The notes under the pieces are model-generated. The model was given only the letters and a program-made list of their open reading frames with translations. It was not told where the DNA came from and did no database searches. Shown here piece by piece: positions 42,418-53,056 of a stretch of 64,000 nucleotides of DNA; position 1 is the stretch's first letter; each line of letters starts with the position of its first letter. The position numbers were made by a program, and so were the translations under genes. This DNA comes from Candidatus Marinacidobacterales bacterium (GTDB lineage: Bacteria; Acidobacteriota; Vicinamibacteria; Marinacidobacterales; DATDRI01). The stretch covers positions 4,544,001-4,608,000 of the forward strand of contig CBDCNP010000002.1 of the NCBI GenBank assembly GCA_965219415.1. Direction: 5' to 3'.

Positions 42418-44703
42418 TCATCTCAACGTGAGCGTGTAGGCGGTGGGTCCTGGCAGAAGCGGCGTGGGTCGGCCCTCCTCCCAGTCTTCGTGGCCGGCGC
42501 CGTAGAACGGGGAGAGCGGGTGGCCGCTTTGGCCGCCGGGCATGTGGAACAGGCCCTCGTCTTCGCGGCCCGGTGACACCACGAATCGCTCCGAGGCGCC
42601 TTGGGTTCGGCTTTGGACGCGGGGCATGTGGCTGTCGCCTGGCAGTGGCCGGGACGGCATGTCGAGCCAGCGGGAGAGAAACGGGACGGCGCGGCTCAAC
42701 GGGTGGCGGATGTCAGACATTCTCGCGTCGCCCCAGGTTCGCGTTTCCAGGGGCTCGTCCCACTCGGCGACGGTTTGGTCGACGATGGCGTTAATCCATG
42801 TGTTCCAGCTGTCGTAGCTCGACGGCAGCAGGTGCGCGGGTTGTTCGGTCACGAGCTTCCACACTGGTCCCTCCCACTGGCGTTGTGCCCAAATGTCGAA
42901 GCGCAGGTCGGCGGCGCGTACGTTGCGAGTGATCGACGAGAGTACGGCTTCGTACACGGCGAGCCGCAGCTCGCGAACGATGCGGTATCCTGCTGAGTCC
43001 GTGGAAGCGCGCCCGGTCCACTCGTTCTTGATTACGCTTCGGATCGACTCGTCTTCGATGGTGTCGAGAAAGAAGTCGCGCCACGTTCCTATGAAAAGTG
43101 CGCGATCGTCGAGCTGGATAGCGAGCAGGTCTTGCTCGCTCGCCTTGTCGAGAGCAAACAAGTTGTCGCGGATTTGCCGGGCGCGTGCGCCGAGGTCATA
43201 GCCGCCGTCGCCGAGCTTGTCGAGTTTTTCGCCGCCGACCACGCGCGCGTTGGCGGTCCAGATGGCACCGCCTTCGGGATTGCGGATGACGGGATAGTCG
43301 GCGGGGTCGAGCCAGCCGTTCCAGCCGCGCGATCCGTCCGCCCACGACGACGGAAGTCTTCCATCGAAGCCGAATCGTCGCGGGATGCGCCCGGCGATCG
43401 TCCATGCGATCGTGCCCGAGGTGTCGACGCCGACGAAGTTTTGCGGAGGGATCCCGCTTCGTTGCGCGATGGCTAGCGCTTCTTCGAGCGTTTTCGCAGT
43501 TTCGAGCTTGCCAAATGTAACGTTGATGCCGCCAGGCTCATGGGCAATCCATCGTACCGCGCGCGGAGTGCCTTCGTGGTCTTCGTCGAGAACGGGTCCC
43601 CAGATCGTCTCTCGTACGATGAACTTCTCGGGCTCGGCGGCGGCGACGTAGATCGTCTCCTCGTGCACTTCGAAGCTCGTCCAGCCCTCAGCCGTTCGAT
43701 ACGTGTCTGCCTCGTCGGGGTGCATCTCGATCTCCACGAGATCGACCCAATCGCCGTTGGAGTTGGTGAAGGCCCAGGCGACTTTGGTGTTGCTGCCGGC
43801 GACGAGAAACGGAGTGCCTGGGAGGGTGACGCCGACGGCGGTGTTCAACACTGCGCGATACCAGATGTTGGGAACGGCGTGACCGAGATGCATGTCGCTC
43901 GCGAGCAGAGCGCCGCCGTGAGTCGTGCGCACACCGGCGACGGCCCAGTTGTTGCTGCCGAACGTGATCCTCTCACGACGCGATTCGCTGACCGAAACGG
44001 GCTCGGCGCGCAGTGCGGTCGCTGGGATCGGCGGCATCACGATGACGTTGCCTTCGACGGGCGCGTCCCAGTCGGTTCCGATCGGAGACAAAAATGCGGC
44101 GAGATCCGGTGGGAGTACGTCGTGGAGCAAGCCTAGAGTCGATTCGTAGTGGCCGTCGGCGTCGTTGAGCTCGAAATACATCGACGCGATCACGAGGACG
44201 CAGTCTTCGACGACCCACGGCCTTGGCTCTTGTCGCAGCAGCAGGTACTCGAACGGCGAGGCACCCAGTGTTGCGAGACCCGCGTTTACGCCGTCGGTGT
44301 ACGCGTCGAGAAGCGCTCGCTCGGTGTTGCTCGCGGCAGCGACGTTTCTCGCAGCTCGGGCGCGCATGCGGTGCACGCGGTGGGCTCGATCGACCGTGAG
44401 CGCCCCGGCGCCGATGAGTTCGGCGAGTTCGCCCGCGGCGCGCCGCCGCATGAGATCCATTTGAAAGAAACGCTCTTGGCCGTGCACGAACCCGAGCGCG
44501 CGGCTCAAATCGAGGCGACTCTCGGCAGTGATCGTCGGGACGCCGAGCACGTCCCGTTCGACCGTGACCGGTTCCGACAGTCCAGCAAGGGCTACTTCGC
44601 CATCGACATTAGGAAGACTTGCCTTCACCAAGTAAATCGTGAGAATCGCAGCGAGTGCAATTGCGAGTAGGAGGAAAAGCGCGAGTCTCTTCACCCATTT
44701 CAT
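42418..44703 (-). CDS. Penicillin acylase family (Ntn hydrolase)
   Basis: GSNNWAV beta-chain start, GFVHGQERFFQMD, PGGQSG; N-terminal TM. Confidence 0.92.
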   Translation of the reverse strand: MKWVKRLALFLLLAIALAAILTIYLVKASLPNVDGEVALAGLSEPVTVERDVLGVPTITAESRLDLSRALGFVHGQERFFQMDLMRRRAAGELAELIGAGALTVDRAHRVHRMRARAARNVAAASNTERALLDAYTDGVNAGLATLGASPFEYLLLRQEPRPWVVEDCVLVIASMYFELNDADGHYESTLGLLHDVLPPDLAAFLSPIGTDWDAPVEGNVIVMPPIPATALRAEPVSVSESRRERITFGSNNWAVAGVRTTHGGALLASDMHLGHAVPNIWYRAVLNTAVGVTLPGTPFLVAGSNTKVAWAFTNSNGDWVDLVEIEMHPDEADTYRTAEGWTSFEVHEETIYVAAAEPEKFIVRETIWGPVLDEDHEGTPRAVRWIAHEPGGINVTFGKLETAKTLEEALAIAQRSGIPPQNFVGVDTSGTIAWTIAGRIPRRFGFDGRLPSSWADGSRGWNGWLDPADYPVIRNPEGGAIWTANARVVGGEKLDKLGDGGYDLGARARQIRDNLFALDKASEQDLLAIQLDDRALFIGTWRDFFLDTIEDESIRSVIKNEWTGRASTDSAGYRIVRELRLAVYEAVLSSITRNVRAADLRFDIWAQRQWEGPVWKLVTEQPAHLLPSSYDSWNTWINAIVDQTVAEWDEPLETRTWGDARMSDIRHPLSRAVPFLSRWLDMPSRPLPGDSHMPRVQSRTQGASERFVVSPGREDEGLFHMPGGQSGHPLSPFYGAGHEDWEEGRPTPLLPGPTAYTLTLR

Positions 44704-44825
44704 ATGCTCTGATAGTAGTATTGTCGCCGTTACCGGACAACGCGGGGGAGGTGCTGTGTGGAAGGATTGGTAGGGTTTCTCGCGATCGGCCTCGTCGCCG
44801 GGTGGCTCGCAGCAGGTCAGCTGGT

Positions 44826-45260
44826 TGTGCCTTCTATTTATTTATCCGCGCGCACCAAACTTGAATAATCTCCGGTCTGCCAGCACCATGCCGGCATGAT
44901 TTCGTCGTTGGTTCCCGCTCTCATCTCCGCCTTCAAGGCTCGTCGCGAGCTGGCTCTCGAGAATGTCGCTCTTCGGCAGCAGCTCGCCGTCCTCCGCCGT
45001 TCCGTGAAACGGCCACGGCTCTCGAATGTCGACCGCGTGTTTTGGGTGCTGTTGCGCAGAATCTGGACTGACTGGGAGAGCGTCCTTGTCATCGTGAAAC
45101 CTGAGACGGTCATCCGCTGGCACCGTTGTGGGTTCAGACGATATTGGACTTGGAAGAGCCGACGGCGTAGGCCCGGACGACCAGGCGTCGCTCCCGTCCT
45201 GTGCCAAAATTCGGCTCTTTTGAAATAGACCATCAATCAGCAGCTTAGTGTCTGTGTGTC
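44826..45260 (+). mobile_element. Left end and truncated transposase of a second TGT-type rve IS, cut by a CCCGTCC end
   Basis: ELALENVALRQQL..VKPETVIRWHR..PGRP. Confidence 0.8.
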
Positions 45261-45528
45261 CCGATGTCGGAAGTTCGGGAATTCGGGGCTGTGATTCTAA
45301 AAAAAGAAGATCGCGTACCGCTGGATCGACTTTTTGCGGAGCACAGGCTCCACCTTGCGAACAGCTTGGCTCGTCTGGGCAAGCTCGACGACCGTAAGCA
45401 GTGATTGCGCCGGCCCGGGGAGTGGTAGTACCATTTTGGGTAGTCTCGAATGAAACACATCAGACTAGTTGGGGCCTTCGTGCCAAAGAAAGATCGGTCG
45501 GAGGAACTGCATCGCCAAGTAAACGAGC

Positions 45529-45992
45529 TGTGCATCGTCAAAACTGCTCCGCCCACGAAATCAAGGACTTACGCTCCGCTTGAATTCCGGGCCGAAGACG
45601 GCGAAACTCCGCCGCTATGCTCAACGTTGTTGTCTTCCTCGTCTCACTTGGCGTCCGTGCCATTCACGTCGTGGTTCTCGGCGCATGTCATCTCATCCGG
45701 CTCGTGCGAGCTTACATCAGCTACTATCATGAGGACCGTTGCCACTTGGGGCTGAACAAGGACACACCGAGCTTGAGAACGGTCACGCACCGACCGTCTC
45801 CTACGGCGAAAGTCGTCGCACTGCCGCGAGTCGGTGGACTGCACCATCGATACGAGTGGCGAGAGGCAGCCTGAGTCAGCTTGGTCGCTCGCGTTACTCG
45901 GCTGGTCGCCGAGAAGTTCGTCCTCAGCACCTTCCCTCGCGCGCTGACCACGCTCTCCAGCATGTGCTCGAGGGCGGTCCGGGCCCTAGAGT
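45529..45992 (+). mobile_element. rve IS copy 5, internally deleted
   Basis: In-frame deletion joining VRAI to HVVVLG; right end replaced by a CCCGTCC stub. Confidence 0.85.
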
Positions 45993-46079
45993 CCCGTCCT
46001 GTGCCAAAACTCGGCCCTTTTGAAATAGACGATAAATCAGCAGCGTAGTGTCTGTGTTTTCGACCGGCCAGTGAGCGTA

Positions 46080-46315
46080 TTACTTCGGCCAGCGGCCGGA
46101 TACGATCCGGCGCTGTTTGATGCGGGTCGCCTCGACCGTGTAGACCCAGGCGAGTTCCCGGACTCCGTGGACCGTGACGGGCACCAGCACACGGCGGTAC
46201 AAGCTGGAACTGCCTGGACGGAAGCCCTCCAGGCGGTCGATGGCAGGCAGGCGGGATAGTGGGTCGTCGAAGGTGAGAAGCTCCCCGTACACGGCGCCCG
46301 AGGCGCCCACTGTGG
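46080..46315 (-). pseudogene. Gamma-glutamylcyclotransferase-like 3' fragment
   Basis: VYGEL..IDRLEGF..LYRRVLV..AWVY. Confidence 0.65.
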
Positions 46316-47601
46316 TGTGCATCGTCAAAACTGCTCCGCCCACGAAATCAAGGACTTACGCTCCGCTTGAATTCCGGGCCGAAGACGGCGAAACTCCGCC
46401 GCTATGCTCAACGTTGTTGTCTTCCTCGTCTCACTTGGCGTCCGTGCCATTCGGGCGATGTGTCGGCGCCGCGCCGAGCTGGTGTTGGAGAACGTCGCTT
46501 TGCGGCAGCAAGTGACGGCGCTGAAGAAAGAGCGCCCACGCCCACCGCTCGACGACACGGAACGGGCTTTCTGGGTTGCCCTTCGAGGTTCGTGGCCCGT
46601 GTGGGCGAGCCGCCTGCTCATCGTCCACGCGGACACCGTAGCCCGTTGGCATCGCGACCGATTCCGACGGTACTGGGCAAATATCTCGCAGCGCCGCCAT
46701 CCCGGTCGGCCTCGGATTGATGCCGAGATTCGTCGCCTCGTCCGCACGATGGCGCAAGACGGCTGGGGGGCGCCACGCATCCATGCTGAGCTCACCAAGC
46801 TCGGTTTCATCATCTCCGAGAGCACGGTGTCGCGATACCTGCCGCGGCGTCCCGCGGAGCCCGACCAGCTGAAACGATGGATGGCTTTCTTGCGCAACCA
46901 TAAAGACGATATCGCCGCCATGGATCTGTTCACCGTGCCCACCGCGTCGCTCCGGCTGCTGTACGGCTTCTTCGTCATCGAGCACGGTCGCCGGCACATC
47001 GTTCACTTCAACGCCACGTTCCACCCGACGTCTGCTTGGGTTATTCAGCAACTACGCGAGGCGTTTCCCTACGACACCGCTCCGAGATATCTCATCTTCG
47101 ATCGCGACTTCATCTTTAACGCTGCGGTCATCGAGTTCATCAAAGCAACGGGCACAAAACCCGTTCGCACTTCGTTTCGCAGCCCATGGCAAAACGGAAC
47201 CGCGGAGCGGTGGGTCGGCAGCTGCCGTCGCGAGCTCCTTGAGCACGTCGTGGTTCTCGGCGCATGTCATCTCATCCGGTTCGTGCGAGCTTACATCAGC
47301 TACTATCATGAGGACCGTTGCCACTTGGGGCTGAACAAGGACACACCGAGCTTGAGAACGGTCACGCACCGACCGTCCTCCTACGGCGAAAGTAGTCGCA
47401 CTGCCGCGAGTCGGTGGACTGCACCATCGATACGAGTGGCGAGAGGCAGCCTGAGTCAGCTTGGTCGCTCGCGTTACTCGGCTGGTCGCCGAGAAGTTCG
47501 TCCTCAGCACCTTCCCTCGCGCGCTGACCACGCTCTCCAGCATGTGCTCGAGGGCAGTTCGGGCCTAGAGTCCAGTCCCGGACAAATAATGATGATGGAC
47601 A
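46316..47601 (+). mobile_element. rve IS copy 6 (transposase frameshifted near 47377)
   Basis: Same termini; an extra C gives a read-through ORF. Confidence 0.88.
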
Positions 47602-47841
47602 GGCGGCGCCGTTGCCTGGTGTTCCGTTCACCATGGCGGCCAGAGCGCGTCGGGTTGCGGCCGAATGCCCCCCATAGGTCCGGCACTGGCGTTCGTACGC
47701 GAGAACGCGGCACAGGAAAGCGCGTGAGAGCGAACTTGGCGGAGCAGCCTCGAAGGTCTGCTCCCAGACCCGCCGCAGGCTAGGAAGGTCCAAACCGTCC
47801 AGAACGATCCTCCGGCCAACTCTTGTATCCTGCGGCATCAC
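47602..47841 (-). pseudogene. DUF2924-like protein N-terminal fragment
   Basis: LRRVWEQTF..PP..LSRAFL.RVLAYERQ..YGG. Confidence 0.65.
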
Positions 47842-48285
47842 CGGACGTTCGCTCTTTTGCGCCGTAAAGTCCAGTCCAATGGGCGCTTCCGCGGGTGCGC
47901 AGTTCGCGGCCTGCAGCTCGTCCTGCAGCCGATTTGAGCCAGCCAGCCGTGCGTACCCCAGTGGGCCTGTCGCCCGCCACCCGCAGCCCAGGGGGTCGGA
48001 AGCCAGCCCTGCGGCGCGAAATACCCAGGATTCTGCGCGGATTCCAAGGGCGTCTAAGCTGCTGATTTGTGGTCTATTTCAAAAGGGCCGAGTTTTGGCA
48101 CAGGACGGGGTTGTAGGTCAAGCGGGAGACGGTCAGGAAACGGCCTCTGTTGAAAGGGGTTTGCGCTTCATAATTCAGAGTGTGGTAAACTGTACTTGAC
48201 TTGTCATACCGCTTAGGTGTATAGCTTCCCTTCCGTTTCTAAACAGGAGCCGCTTATGAGTCTTAACCCAATGATTCGAGACGCT

Positions 48286-48867
48286 TTATCTCTTGAATAC
48301 AAACGAAATTATGGGTGTGCTCTCGGGAAGATCGAACTCTCGGATCTCGTGAACTATCCCCCGCTTGCGAGCGAATTCAGCCGTCTTGGTCTGAGCCGCT
48401 ATGAAGAATTTCTCAACCTCTTTTTCGGAAATATCTGTTCGTTCAGTGATGATGCTGCCGATGCGCCGCTGATCAGCAGTAAGCCCGTCCAACATTTCCC
48501 TTAACGCTTTCTCTTCGTATCGACCAGCGGGTCGGTCAAATCCTACGCCATGAAACATGAACGTTGAGTTCGGACAGGCGTACCGAACATCTGCTGCTAG
48601 AAAAATGGCATTTCCTATTGAGTCGACATTACCAATGTTGTGAACGATGAGTTTGAACGGTACTCCTCTCAGAAAGTTGTAGAGTGAAATGCCTTGGGCA
48701 ACATTCCCACCTGGCGTCGAGAATGCAAGATAGACCTCCTTAACCCCTTGCTGGGCCAGGTTGGATAATGCTTGAATCATTACTTCTACGGTTTGGGGCA
48801 CGATCTCCGAAGTGAACATCGCGTAGACAAGTGGAGGAGGCGACGGTGTAGGTGTAGGGCCGTTCAT
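48286..48867 (-). CDS. Stand-alone ClpP-like protease
   Basis: STPGGNV..GISLYN, NVDSIG (Ser), FMFH (His). Confidence 0.75.
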   Translation of the reverse strand: MNGPTPTPSPPPLVYAMFTSEIVPQTVEVMIQALSNLAQQGVKEVYLAFSTPGGNVAQGISLYNFLRGVPFKLIVHNIGNVDSIGNAIFLAADVRYACPNSTFMFHGVGFDRPAGRYEEKALREMLDGLTADQRRIGSIITERTDISEKEVEKFFIAAQTKTAEFARKRGIVHEIREFDLPESTPIISFVFKR

Positions 48868-48967
48868 TACTGCTTCAAATCCCGATAGCTAAGCCTTTTC
48901 CCGTCCATCCCTCGGACAACCTCGGCCATCTGGTCGATGGTATCAGATTCGCGGACGTTATGCCGCC

Positions 48968-49772
48968 TGTGCCTTCTATTTATTCATCCGCGCGCCCCGA
49001 ACCTGATCGGTCTCCGATCTTCCGGGACTATGCCTGCATGATTTCGTCGTTTGTTGTCAATGACAACCGAAAACTGCACACTTTAGACAACCGGAAACCG
49101 CACACTTTTCTAACGGTCCGGAGCGGTGCCGGGGTCCGCGTCGGAGTCGCCGTTCCGCGTTTGGTGCTGGACGCATGGAGCGGAACGACCGAAGGCCGGC
49201 ACCAAACGCATCGGTCGGTTCCCATGGACCGAGTTCACCCCACCACACGCTCGGCAGTCTTGTCGGAGGTGGCTCGCAGCAGGTTCCGGTGTTCTCGCAT
49301 CCCGTCCTGTGCCAAAACTCGGCCTTTTGAAACAGGACATCATATCAGCAGCTTAGAGTCTGTGTTTGCGCCCGGGCCAAGGGCCGCAGGCTTTACAATC
49401 GTCTGTCCCGAGGGTGTTATCTTCAGATCCATGATGACCTACCACGCGCAATTCCTACTGCTCGTTGTGGCTGGCTGGGTCAACCGCCAGCAACAGGATG
49501 TGATCGACTACCTGCAAGAGGAGAACCGTGTGCTCCGAACCGGGGCTTCGGGGCAAGCGTCTCAGGCTCTCTGACGACGACCGGCGTAGGCTCGCCGTCA
49601 AGGCCGTGAGGTCAAAATACTCATGCGGCTTCCCGATCTTCGATAAGTGCTTCCGCAGTCAAGTGTTGGCGGCCGGCGCGTAACCTGTTCGCGTGCTAGA
49701 GTCTTAGCCTGATTTCGAGAGGCGCAGTTCTTTCGTCAATGCCGGCTGGGCCGAGTTTTGGCACAGGACGGG
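48968..49772. mobile_element. Stack of IS termini of at least five types, including an IS21-like end (49055-49110)
   Basis: TGTGCCTTC end; TGTCAAT with two GACAACCGRAAACYGCACACTTT repeats; CCCGTCC left end plus ORF start (49301); GTGAGGTCAAAATACTC (49604); IS1-left/CCCGTCC hybrid (49647-49772). Confidence 0.78.
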
Positions 49773-49812
49773 CTCAATTCCTTAGAAGTTTGACAAGAGC
49801 GGGAGGGAAAAA

Positions 49813-49989
49813 ATGAGTCGCAAGATGGTTTGTAGCGAGTGCGAGTGCGGGGTCGATATCTGCGACGCGCTTTCCGACACCAAGCGGCTGTGCTGCGTCT
49901 GTTGGGCGCTTGAGCAGGAAACCGAGACGCCCTACGAGTCCATGTGCTCGAAGTGCTCCGAGCGCGTGAAAGAATGGAACGGACTATGA
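49813..49989 (+). CDS. 58-aa Cys-rich (zinc-finger-like) protein
   Basis: GGGAGG RBS; CSECEC, CCVC, CSKC; below the ORF track's apparent size cutoff. Confidence 0.55.
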   Translation: MSRKMVCSECECGVDICDALSDTKRLCCVCWALEQETETPYESMCSKCSERVKEWNGL

Positions 49990-50069
49990 GGCTTGAGGTC
50001 GAAAACCTGATGGGAATCGAGAAGGTTGAGTTCGACCTTCTCCCGGGCCGGGTGGTCGAACTCGTGGGC
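49986..50069 (+). pseudogene. N-terminus of an SMC/AAA-type ATPase, cut at the P-loop
   Basis: MRLEVENLMGIEKVEFDLLPGRVVELVG, coupled by ATGA to the upstream gene. Confidence 0.5.
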
Positions 50070-50356
50070 GTCCGGTCAAAATACTCGAACGCCCAGCATC
50101 GGGAAGCCGCATGAGTATTTTGACCTCACGGCGTGGGCGCTCTTTCTTCAGCGCCGTCACTTGCTGCCGCAAAGCGACGTTCTCCAACACCAGGTCGGCG
50201 CGGCGCCGACACATCGCCCGAATGACACGGACGCCAAGTGAGACGAGGAATACAACAACGTCGAGCATAGCGGCAGAGTTTCGCCGTCTTCGGCCCGGAA
50301 TTCAAGCGGAGCGTAAGTCCTTGATTTCGTGGGCGGAGCAGTTTTGACGATGCACA
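50069..50356 (-). mobile_element. ~62-bp mini-element plus left part of rve IS copy 7
   Basis: GGTCAAAATACTC...GAGTATTTTGACC, then sequence matching 2077-2300. Confidence 0.82.
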
Positions 50357-50569
50357 GGTGTTCGAAAGCTGCGTTTCGGGGCCTTGGGCCGTGGCAAGCA
50401 AGGCGGTGCGCGAGTGATCTACTTCTATGGTGGCGAAGACATGCCGGTCTATGCACTTCTCGCCTATGCAAAGTCGGCAAAGACAGACCTGAAACCGCAC
50501 GAGCGGCGAACGGTGTCCGCGCTTGTGGCGGCGATCAAGGCCGCCGGGAAGGAGAAGGAGAAGAAATGA
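50357..50569 (+). pseudogene. RelE/HigB2-like toxin, 5' truncated
   Basis: GRGKQGGARVIYF..LLAYAKS. Confidence 0.75.
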
Positions 50570-50913
50570 GCACGTTCGGAGAGGACTTGATTCAATCGCT
50601 CGAAGAGGCTCTGGCCCATGCAAAGGGCGGAGGTCCCGCCATCGTTCATGCACCCGTAGTGCCACGCGAGGTTCGGAAGCAAGCGAAGCTTACGCAGGCA
50701 CAGATGGCGCTCCTGATGGGCATGAGCCTGTCCGGCTATCGGAAATGGGAGCAGGGCACACGCCGGGTCAGCGGCCCGGCGGCGACGCTCCTGTGCGTGA
50801 TCCAGAAGGAACCCGAGGCCGTCAGGCGCGCGTTGATGCACAGCAGGGGGACACGGACGAACTATACCCCCAAGATTGGAAAAGTCGTCGGGAAATCTCC
50901 AATCCCCAAGTAA
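50566..50913 (+). CDS. XRE-family HTH antitoxin
   Basis: FGEDLIQSLEEAL..VRKQAKLTQAQMA..KWEQG. Confidence 0.78.
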   Translation: MSTFGEDLIQSLEEALAHAKGGGPAIVHAPVVPREVRKQAKLTQAQMALLMGMSLSGYRKWEQGTRRVSGPAATLLCVIQKEPEAVRRALMHSRGTRTNYTPKIGKVVGKSPIPK

Positions 50914-51257
50914 AGGACACGGCAGATCGGTACGAGCATGTCCGACTGATCCTAAGCGGTCAATCCTCTGGCACGGGTGTCGTCTTGCCCTTGATGAACG
51001 CCACCGGAATGGCTATCGAGTTCTATCTCAAGTGCCTTACAGCGAAAATCATTCACGTTCCCGAACAGGATATCTTCAGGACAGGCATCCGCCGTAAATA
51101 CGTCGACTACTATCATTCGTGCCGGACTCATTTGTCGCTTGAGAAGGACGCGCTTGAGCCTCGCCGGGTAGAGTCACCGGCGATGGGCAAAGTCAGTGTT
51201 CTACGCCTGCCACGGAGCCGCCTCACGCTGTCGGAAACGGTATTGCACGGTTTGACC

Positions 51258-52657
51258 GGTGATGTCTTAAGATTCCTGTCAAAGAAAAACGATGTATGGT
51301 TCCCCAAGCTCAAACCCGTCCCCGTCATGGGGACAGAAAAGGAGAACCATACATCATGGGAAAGGTACTACCGAGTCAGCGATTGCTCAAGCAGTTCGAG
51401 GAACAACTGGTATTTGGGGAGATGAATCTCTCGGAGATCGTCCGGTCGGGAGCTCAGATGATGCTTCAATATGCGTTGGAGCGCGAGGTGACGGAGGCGT
51501 TGGGTCGAAACTACTATGAGAACGCTCCGGCAACGACGAAGGAGAAGGGACGACGCAACGGGTATGAGTCGCATCGGGTCCTCACGGGCGAGGGAGCGGT
51601 GACGGTGCAAGTGCCGCGGGTACGAGAAACAGAGAAGGTGTTTCAGTCAAAGATTCTCGACGCCTACGTGAGCCGGACCGAGAAACTCGATGAACTGATC
51701 GCGCGGATGTACGTCCACGGGATGTCGACGCGTGACATTGAGGCGACGTTCGCGGACGTGCTGAGCGGCACGGGTGTCTCGAAGTCGGTGGTGAGCCGGG
51801 TCACACGGTGTCTGTCGGAGGATTTCGAGGCGTTTCGAAAACGGGATCTCTCGAACGAGAAGCTGTTGTATCTCGAGCTCGACGGCACGTACCTGCGCTA
51901 CCACCAAGGAGCGGAGAGGAAAGAGCCCATCCTCGTTGCGACCGGCTATCGCGCTGATGGGACGCGAGTTCTTCTTCATATCGGTGTCGGCAACCGAGAA
52001 TCCTACGAGAACTGGAAGGGGTTCTTGCAGGAGATAGTGGCCCGAGGAATGAGGGAGCCGTTGCTCATCGTGACGGACGGGAATCCTGGAGTGCTCAAAG
52101 CGATCGCAGAGGTCTTCCCTCGAAGCCTCAAGCAACGTTGCCAGAAGCACCGCCTCGAGAACATCCTGGGCAAGGCTCCGAAGGAAGTGCGCGACGAACT
52201 CAAGGCGGCCATCCTTGAGTCGTTCCATGCGAACAGCTACGAGCAAGGGCTGAAGAAGGGTCGGGAGGTGATCGCTCGGTACCGTCAACGATTCCCGAGC
52301 GCGATGAAGTGCATGGAAGAGACCCTCGAAGCATGTCTTCAGGCGCTACGCCTTCCTGCGGCGCATCACAAAAGGCTTCGCACGTCGAATCTACTTGAGC
52401 GCACGTTCGGAGAGCACAAACGTCGCACAAAGGTCATTCCTCACTTCTTCACCGAGGAGGCCGCGATGAAACTCTCGTTCGCTGTGCTCTTGGCCGCCGC
52501 AAACAAATGGCGCGGCGTGAGGATGGATGTCTTCGCCGCTAGGAAAGTCGAGGAGCTTCGCAACGAGCTTCTCCCGCAAGGCACGTCGGAGGAATCAGCA
52601 GCTTAACCGAGCGCGGGGAACCGTACGGAGATTTGACAGGAAAATTAAGACTTGACC
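51258..52657 (+). mobile_element. IS256-family element (transposase 51356-52606)
   Basis: 26-bp imperfect TIRs; 8-bp target duplication GTTTGACC; RNGY, LDG, VTDG, QRCQKH and RTSNLLER motifs. Confidence 0.93.
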
Positions 52658-53056
52658 GTTTGACCCACCTGTACCTTCTATAGATCCTTCTGCCGAGTGG
52701 ACGGCGCACCAATGGTCAATGCTTTTCCATGGGATACGGCACCTCGGTATCCGGTACGAGATCGAGACCAGACCTACGGAGCGTACTTCGACAGTCGCGT
52801 CGACGGTCTTGGGATGGAGCAGGTCCTTCGTTTGACACGGGATGACACGCCTCACGCTGTCGGAAGCTGCGGCGGCTGATTTATGGTCTATTCTAAAAAG
52901 GCCGAGTTTTAGCACAGGACGCGGTCCCTACCGCGAAGGATCACAGGCCAATGCTCTCGATCCGCCTAACACTTAGCGCGGCTCGTGATCGCTAGCGGGC
53001 ACCTCGCGCGATGTATAGACGGGGGAACGTGGGAGAGAGTATTATTCACTTCCAAA

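Noticed and set aside
46404-47783. 459-aa extended transposase
   Set aside because: A single-base frameshift near 47377 causes read-through beyond the IS end.
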